A stretch of DNA of 20,000 nt from an uncultured virus (IMG/VR IMGVR_UViG_3300037497_000123) (lineage: Duplodnaviria > Heunggongvirae > Uroviricota > Caudoviricetes). Location: the IMG/VR virus record IMGVR_UViG_3300037497_000123; one strand, given 5' to 3'. Numbering within the stretch: the first letter of the stretch is position 1; each line of letters starts with the position of its first letter. Made by a program: the position numbers and the translations under genes. A model generated the notes under the pieces. It did not search any database. It had not been told where the DNA came from and saw nothing but the letters and a program-made list of their open reading frames with translations. This document shows positions 15,706 through 20,000 of the stretch, piece by piece.

Positions 15706-18700
15706 TGCGGTACTTGGAAGAGCTGAAGCGTTTGATCTTTGAGCAAACCGACAAGGTGGGCTCACCGATAGCGAACATCTATGGAACTGCTCAGGCACCA
15801 CTGAGTGGTTTGACGGGGTCAGTCACGTCCACGTGGCTCGCCTTGACCGTGCCAGGACGCAATATTTCAACGATCGATGGGTTCTATGCCACTTTTTTGG
15901 GGTTCGCTAATCCCACGCGACTGTTGTCGACCCAAGATGGCACGGTCGTGTGGAATGATGCGAGTACGACTACTACCACTACGTTGCTTCGAGGGACCGT
16001 GGAACTCACAGGTCCTCGGAGTTTTTCGCTTGCAGTGCAGACAGGGGATATGCAAGCGGCCTATGTCCTTCACGTCAACGGGACGGTAGCACAACAAGGG
16101 TTTGGTGGAGGGGAACTCGGGCTGACGCTGCCGCCGGGGTCCCATATCATCGAAGTTCTAGCGTCCTCGAGTACTCTAGGTCTCAAGGTGCCGGCGGATT
16201 TGGTGGTGCGGGGGGATTTCGAGCGCGTACCGACACCGGTGTGGCAATTGGTCAGGACAGGGTATGCAGATCCCGCGCAAGCACAGGCTACGGCCGTGTT
16301 GGAGTGGTTTGCGGATTCGCGAGCGGGGGGTTGGCGAATTTTGCGCCGGCAGTTACAGACGGTGTCGGGCATTGTGGATGTGGGTACGGTGGATGGCAAC
16401 AGCGAGTTCTCGGTCACATTGTCTGGTGACCAAAGTGCACTACTAGTGTCGGGACAAGAACTGAATGCGGTGCACGAACGTATGGGCACGGTGTTGCAGT
16501 TCCAGTTTGACGATATCAATACCATTGTCCGGTTACGGCTCGCTCTCGGCCGAGATGTTCCCAATGTTTTTTGGGTAGGGGCGCTTGCAACCCAAGGGAC
16601 GTTTGCGGAAATTCAGCGTATTGGGCAAACGCAGACGAGTGGTGTCGTTACCTGGACCGATGTTAACGTGGTTCGGGAACGGTTGTATGACTATGCACTC
16701 CAGGCGTGGGGATTCCTTAACACAGGGGTGTGGAGTACTCAGAGTGACATCAAGTCCATTCGTATCGGGGATAGGACTCCTCCTCGCTCCATTACCTACA
16801 TCAGTGGGTATCCCCGCGTGGTCAACCGGCGGGCGTTTGTGCGGTTCTTTACACCGACAGACACGGACTACGCGGGAGTTCGTACCTATTATCGGAAGAA
16901 GTTCACTCAGATTGGCACTGTGGGGGGTTCTCTTACCTCTCTAACGGATACTGGAGCCAATTTTACTGGAGTGGATTCGACGTGGAAGGTGCGCATCACG
17001 GCCGGCACGGGCGTGAACCAAGAGCGAAATGTTCTTAGTCTCACGGGCGTGACCCAAATCAATACGGCGAATGATTGGATCACGGCGCCGGATTCCTCCT
17101 CGTCGTACCTCGTGTTCAAAGATCGGGTGTTGTTGACGGACTACGGTCTTCCGAGCACGACCGCTCTCAACTTGAAAGGGACGGCAACGAGTGGGGCCGC
17201 AGGGTCGATCACGGATTCTGGTGCGAATTTCTCGGTGGTGGATACTACGTGGATGGTAGTTATCACGGGAGGCACGGGGGTGGCGCAGTACCGAGCAGTC
17301 GCCAGCCTTACCGGGGTCACTCAAATCAATGTGACGCCCAACTGGACTGTTACGCCGTCGACTGACTCCACGTACACGGTCTACAAAGGAACTGAAGACC
17401 AGTTCGATTTCGAGCCAATTGATACCGCGCCGAGTGCCCCCACGCAGGAGTATCAGTTTCGAGCATTCGACCAGGGGTTCAACGAGCAGGAAGACACACT
17501 CGCAGCCACTTGGACCTATAATCCCGCTGCGGATGGGTCATGGACGGTTCCACCACTCATCACCATTCGGCAAGTACCGACGAGTGAACAGTTGCTGTTT
17601 TCCGCTCCGTACAACAACACCACAAACTGGGCGCTTGTGGAGCTGGCGGCAAACGATCCCGCTGATCGCTTGGTGGGGGTCACGGTGTTCTATCAACGTC
17701 GGAGTGATGCGGCTCCCATTTCGTTTCCGGCGACTACGGCGCCCAGCACGGAGGGAGGAACTCCTCGAATCCTAGATGATCCCATTGGAACGCGAAGTCG
17801 TTATATCGCGATTGATCGAACCACGGATCAGAACTGGGTGCGGGTGTGGGCCACCGATGGGGACGGGAATCGAAGCGACAAGATCACCTACTCCGTGGAC
17901 TATGACGATCAGGCGGAAATAGCGTCCATTGAGGCCCGACTTGATACGTTTGCGCAGTTCAACACGGATTGGAACGGAGCAGGGACTGGCAACGAGTTTG
18001 GCAGTGGTGTCTTTGCGCCGGCGGGTCAATCGGGAATGATTCGGGTAACTGGAGCAGTGGATGATGACTGTCGGTCGCTTCGGTACTACTTCGAGGATGG
18101 ATTGGGTGACGATCCCTATTGTTTTGGCAGGGATTTGTTCACGGATATAGACAATGTTTTGTTGGAGACCCATGTAGCCACGTTTGGTGGTCCGTGGATC
18201 AAGCATGCCTCCTTTTCTTCGGGTAGCGTACAAACGTCGGATGCCGGACGCGTTCACACTACTACAGGAAACGACGTTCTCTACTACATGTCAGGGCTGC
18301 CGCTAACAGCGGACTACGATGTTTCGTGTATTGTGAGACAGCGGTCTGCTACCAACGAAAACGCGGGTGCCGTGGGTAGAGTGCAAGCGGGTGCAATCAC
18401 GTTCTACAGTGCGCGGTATAACGACAACTCGGATCAGTGGGAACTCCTTAAGAAGGTGGCTGGAGCTACCACGATTTTGGGCACGTACGTCCAAGTACTA
18501 ACAACTGATCGGGACTACCATGTACGACTAGAGATGCGCGGGACCGCTATCAAGATGTTTGTCGATAGTGTGCAACGGGCCTCTGTGACAGATTCGGCGA
18601 TCACGCTGGCGGGGACTGCGGGGGTTCTGTTTGAGGGTTCTGCGGGCAGTGATACCACCGGGCTTCATCTTGATGACTTGATGGCAGGAATCGGTAGGGT

Positions 18701-20000
18701 TATGGACTTGTCTACTACGCGTAGTTTTGCGTTTGCCACGTCGCTGTATGATGGGGAGCGGAAGAACTTGGTGATGGAGCCGTGGAGCAGTGACACGGCG
18801 ACCTGTCCTGGTATCAAGGGATTGATGGTGCAGCGTGAGTTTGCCCGTTCGCCACGATCCACGGCGGGGTTTGACAGCTACGACGAAAACAACAACGCCA
18901 CCGGTCAGCGGGTGCGCGCGCGGTTTGACATGTTTCCTGCAGCTGTTCAGGTCTACCCAGCATCAGGTACGAGTGCGGTGAGCGCAGCTTCGAATGGTCC
19001 ACCGGTTACCCTGGATGTTGCCGGGAGTCCGTGGATTGCTGGACAGTATGCGTCTACGGGTCGCGCAAAGTTTTATGTGATTTCTACCGCAGTCACAGCA
19101 AACGCCAATCCTGAGTTGTTGGAGACGAAGGGGCAAATTCGAAAGATCGTCACGAATACAACAGGACAATTGCAGGTGACTCCCGCATGGACGACGGTGC
19201 CCACGGGAGGTCAGTTTTACATCGTGGATGGGGCGGTTCTGCTCAAGTATGATGGGAGTTCGAATTTCAAACCGACATCCGGTGTTCAATATTTTGATCG
19301 CAAAACCGACGCTTCTTCGCAGATTGAGTATTACGCGACGAAGAACAAATGTCCCGATGAAGGAATTCATCGTAGTACCGTGGATGCGGATACCATCCCG
19401 GCATTTGACGATGTGTCGGTGGTGGAAGTTACACCCAACCTAATACGACTTACCGCGATCAATCCCGACGATGATGTGAAGTATTGGAGGGTCTATCGCC
19501 GCAAAGGAGCCGTGCCCGCGTCGTGGGGTGGAACGATATTGATTCCCAACACGGGGGCCCTTTCGATGTCAGTGACCACAGGACCCTCGAAATATGTGCG
19601 GACGACGGGGTCGTTTCTGACGGATGGTTTTCAGGTTGGTATGACGATCAATGCGACGTCGTTTTCCAATGCAGCCAATAACGGGCTGTCCGTGATTACG
19701 GCCGTGGTGGCACTCGAGATAACGGTGACGAAGGTGGGCGGAACGGCGACCGAGGGTGCAGCGGCGGGGAAGAATTTGACAACGGCGCTGCAAGGCTCGG
19801 ATTTTCAGCGGCAGTATTTACATCACGGTCCGATTGAGGTGGGGCAGTTGACGTACGATTCCTACGGAGGCACCGGCACGCAATTCATTGCGACAGTGCC
19901 CTCTAATGCGCTGAACCAAGATGGGCCTCCGATTCTCAAGACGATGATAGTTATCGGAGTCGCAGCAACCCCGTCGTTATCCAACTTGAGTGTCGTTCCG
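15705..20000 (+). CDS. Large FN3/Ig-like repeat tail (fiber/adhesin-like) protein, >=1432 aa, 3'-truncated by the window; missing from the ORF track
   Basis: The ATG overlaps the previous stop (TAATG at 15703-07). I translated MRYLEELKRLIFEQTDKVGSPIANIYG... with no stop to the window end (...ATPSLSNLSVVP). FN3-like motifs: LEWF..GGWRILRR, WTDVNV..LYDYALQA, DRTPP, DTDYAGVRTYY, YQFRAFDQGFNE, VRVWATDGDGNRS. It shares modules A and B with upstream genes. Confidence 0.9.
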   Translation, partial: MRYLEELKRLIFEQTDKVGSPIANIYGTAQAPLSGLTGSVTSTWLALTVPGRNISTIDGFYATFLGFANPTRLLSTQDGTVVWNDASTTTTTTLLRGTVELTGPRSFSLAVQTGDMQAAYVLHVNGTVAQQGFGGGELGLTLPPGSHIIEVLASSSTLGLKVPADLVVRGDFERVPTPVWQLVRTGYADPAQAQATAVLEWFADSRAGGWRILRRQLQTVSGIVDVGTVDGNSEFSVTLSGDQSALLVSGQELNAVHERMGTVLQFQFDDINTIVRLRLALGRDVPNVFWVGALATQGTFAEIQRIGQTQTSGVVTWTDVNVVRERLYDYALQAWGFLNTGVWSTQSDIKSIRIGDRTPPRSITYISGYPRVVNRRAFVRFFTPTDTDYAGVRTYYRKKFTQIGTVGGSLTSLTDTGANFTGVDSTWKVRITAGTGVNQERNVLSLTGVTQINTANDWITAPDSSSSYLVFKDRVLLTDYGLPSTTALNLKGTATSGAAGSITDSGANFSVVDTTWMVVITGGTGVAQYRAVASLTGVTQINVTPNWTVTPSTDSTYTVYKGTEDQFDFEPIDTAPSAPTQEYQFRAFDQGFNEQEDTLAATWTYNPAADGSWTVPPLITIRQVPTSEQLLFSAPYNNTTNWALVELAANDPADRLVGVTVFYQRRSDAAPISFPATTAPSTEGGTPRILDDPIGTRSRYIAIDRTTDQNWVRVWATDGDGNRSDKITYSVDYDDQAEIASIEARLDTFAQFNTDWNGAGTGNEFGSGVFAPAGQSGMIRVTGAVDDDCRSLRYYFEDGLGDDPYCFGRDLFTDIDNVLLETHVATFGGPWIKHASFSSGSVQTSDAGRVHTTTGNDVLYYMSGLPLTADYDVSCIVRQRSATNENAGAVGRVQAGAITFYSARYNDNSDQWELLKKVAGATTILGTYVQVLTTDRDYHVRLEMRGTAIKMFVDSVQRASVTDSAITLAGTAGVLFEGSAGSDTTGLHLDDLMAGIGRVMDLSTTRSFAFATSLYDGERKNLVMEPWSSDTATCPGIKGLMVQREFARSPRSTAGFDSYDENNNATGQRVRARFDMFPAAVQVYPASGTSAVSAASNGPPVTLDVAGSPWIAGQYASTGRAKFYVISTAVTANANPELLETKGQIRKIVTNTTGQLQVTPAWTTVPTGGQFYIVDGAVLLKYDGSSNFKPTSGVQYFDRKTDASSQIEYYATKNKCPDEGIHRSTVDADTIPAFDDVSVVEVTPNLIRLTAINPDDDVKYWRVYRRKGAVPASWGGTILIPNTGALSMSVTTGPSKYVRTTGSFLTDGFQVGMTINATSFSNAANNGLSVITAVVALEITVTKVGGTATEGAAAGKNLTTALQGSDFQRQYLHHGPIEVGQLTYDSYGGTGTQFIATVPSNALNQDGPPILKTMIVIGVAATPSLSNLSVVP
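16911..17381 (+). repeat. Module B copies 3 (16911-17114) and 4 (17175-17381)
   Basis: ...SLTDTGANFTGVDSTWKVRITAGTGVNQERNVLSLTGVTQINTANDWITAPDSSSSYLV and KGTATSGAAGSITDSGANFSVVDTTWMVVITGGTGVAQYRAVASLTGVTQINVTPNWTVTPSTDSTYTV. Confidence 0.85.
18123..18686 (+). repeat. Module A copy 4 (in the 15705 ORF)
   Basis: DLFTDIDNVLLETH...TADYDVSC...GAVGR...FYSARY...WELLKKVAGATTILGTY...YHVRLEMRGTAIKMFVD...TDSAITLAGTAGV...DTTGLHLDD; by eye closest to copy 3. Confidence 0.8.
18963..19226 (+). repeat. Divergent module B copy 5
   Basis: SGTSAVS...TLDVAGSPW...KGQIRKIVTNTTGQLQVTPAWTTVPTGGQFYIV retains GQxRxI, VxPxWTxxP and the terminal YxV. Confidence 0.65.

Larger units (their letters stand above)
1..20000 (+). 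mobile_element. Phage/prophage tail morphogenesis module (TMP - Dit-like - hub/Tal-like - large adhesin-like tail protein)
   Basis: Co-oriented, tightly coupled large ORFs in the canonical siphovirus order, plus a freestanding endonuclease VII gene typical of phage genomes. No host housekeeping genes, integrase or sheath gene are present, so free phage versus prophage cannot be decided. Confidence 0.9.

Noticed and set aside
8269..18686. Diversity-generating retroelement (TR/VR pair) as the explanation for the repeats
   Set aside because: Copies differ at all base types, mostly at synonymous sites, rather than only at adenines. No near-identical non-coding template or reverse transcriptase is in the window.
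19441..19458. taatacgact matches the first 10 nt of the T7 promoter (TAATACGACTCACTATAG)
   Set aside because: It continues taccgcga rather than cactatag, lies in frame within coding sequence (LIRLT), occurs once, and no T7-like context is present; most likely chance.
6471..19781. Inteins or introns as the identity of the inserted modules
   Set aside because: No C/S-start with HN-C/S/T end splice motifs and no LAGLIDADG blocks were seen, and the frames are uninterrupted. The inserts look like beta-rich binding domains.
500..19793. Numerous 60-256 aa alternative-frame and antisense ORFs in the track (e.g. 1162..1845 -, 7306..8076 -, 11923..12504 -)
   Set aside because: They are fully nested in long, motif-bearing + strand genes and have no recognisable motifs; expected shadow ORFs in GC-rich DNA.
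15706..20000. Apparent 4.3-kb gene-poor region in the ORF track, suggesting non-coding DNA or stop-codon recoding
   Set aside because: It is a single open frame from ATG 15705 running off the window edge; the standard genetic code explains all genes.
1..20000. Contractile injection system, tailocin or myophage assignment
   Set aside because: No sheath, LysM/tube-initiator, VgrG/PAAR spike or baseplate wedge (gpJ/gp25) genes were recognised after the TMP; the order fits a non-contractile tail better, though the flanks are unseen.

Overview
The window is the tail-morphogenesis module of a tailed (probably siphovirus-like) phage or prophage, with all real genes on the + strand. In order: (1) a tape measure protein (TMP, <=11..5815, probably 5'-truncated) carrying an embedded M15-type Zn peptidoglycan peptidase; (2) a highly structured 135-nt spacer ending in an intrinsic terminator; (3) a 54-aa mini-ORF missed by the ORF track (5962..6126) that looks like an internally deleted endonuclease VII; (4) a Dit-position protein; (5) an intact, AT-rich endonuclease VII/HNH gene; (6) a 2798-aa hub/Tal-like protein; (7) a further >=1432-aa FN3/Ig-like tail protein (15705..>20000), absent from the ORF track because it has no stop in the window. 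The most striking feature is a 'plug-in' architecture. Two domain families (a ~185-aa ConA/DUF1080-like beta-sandwich, 4 copies; a ~70-aa Gly/Thr-rich module, 5 copies) plus several singleton domains are inserted inside host domains across three different tail genes, repeatedly at an equivalent loop. All family assignments come from motif recognition by eye, not from database searches.
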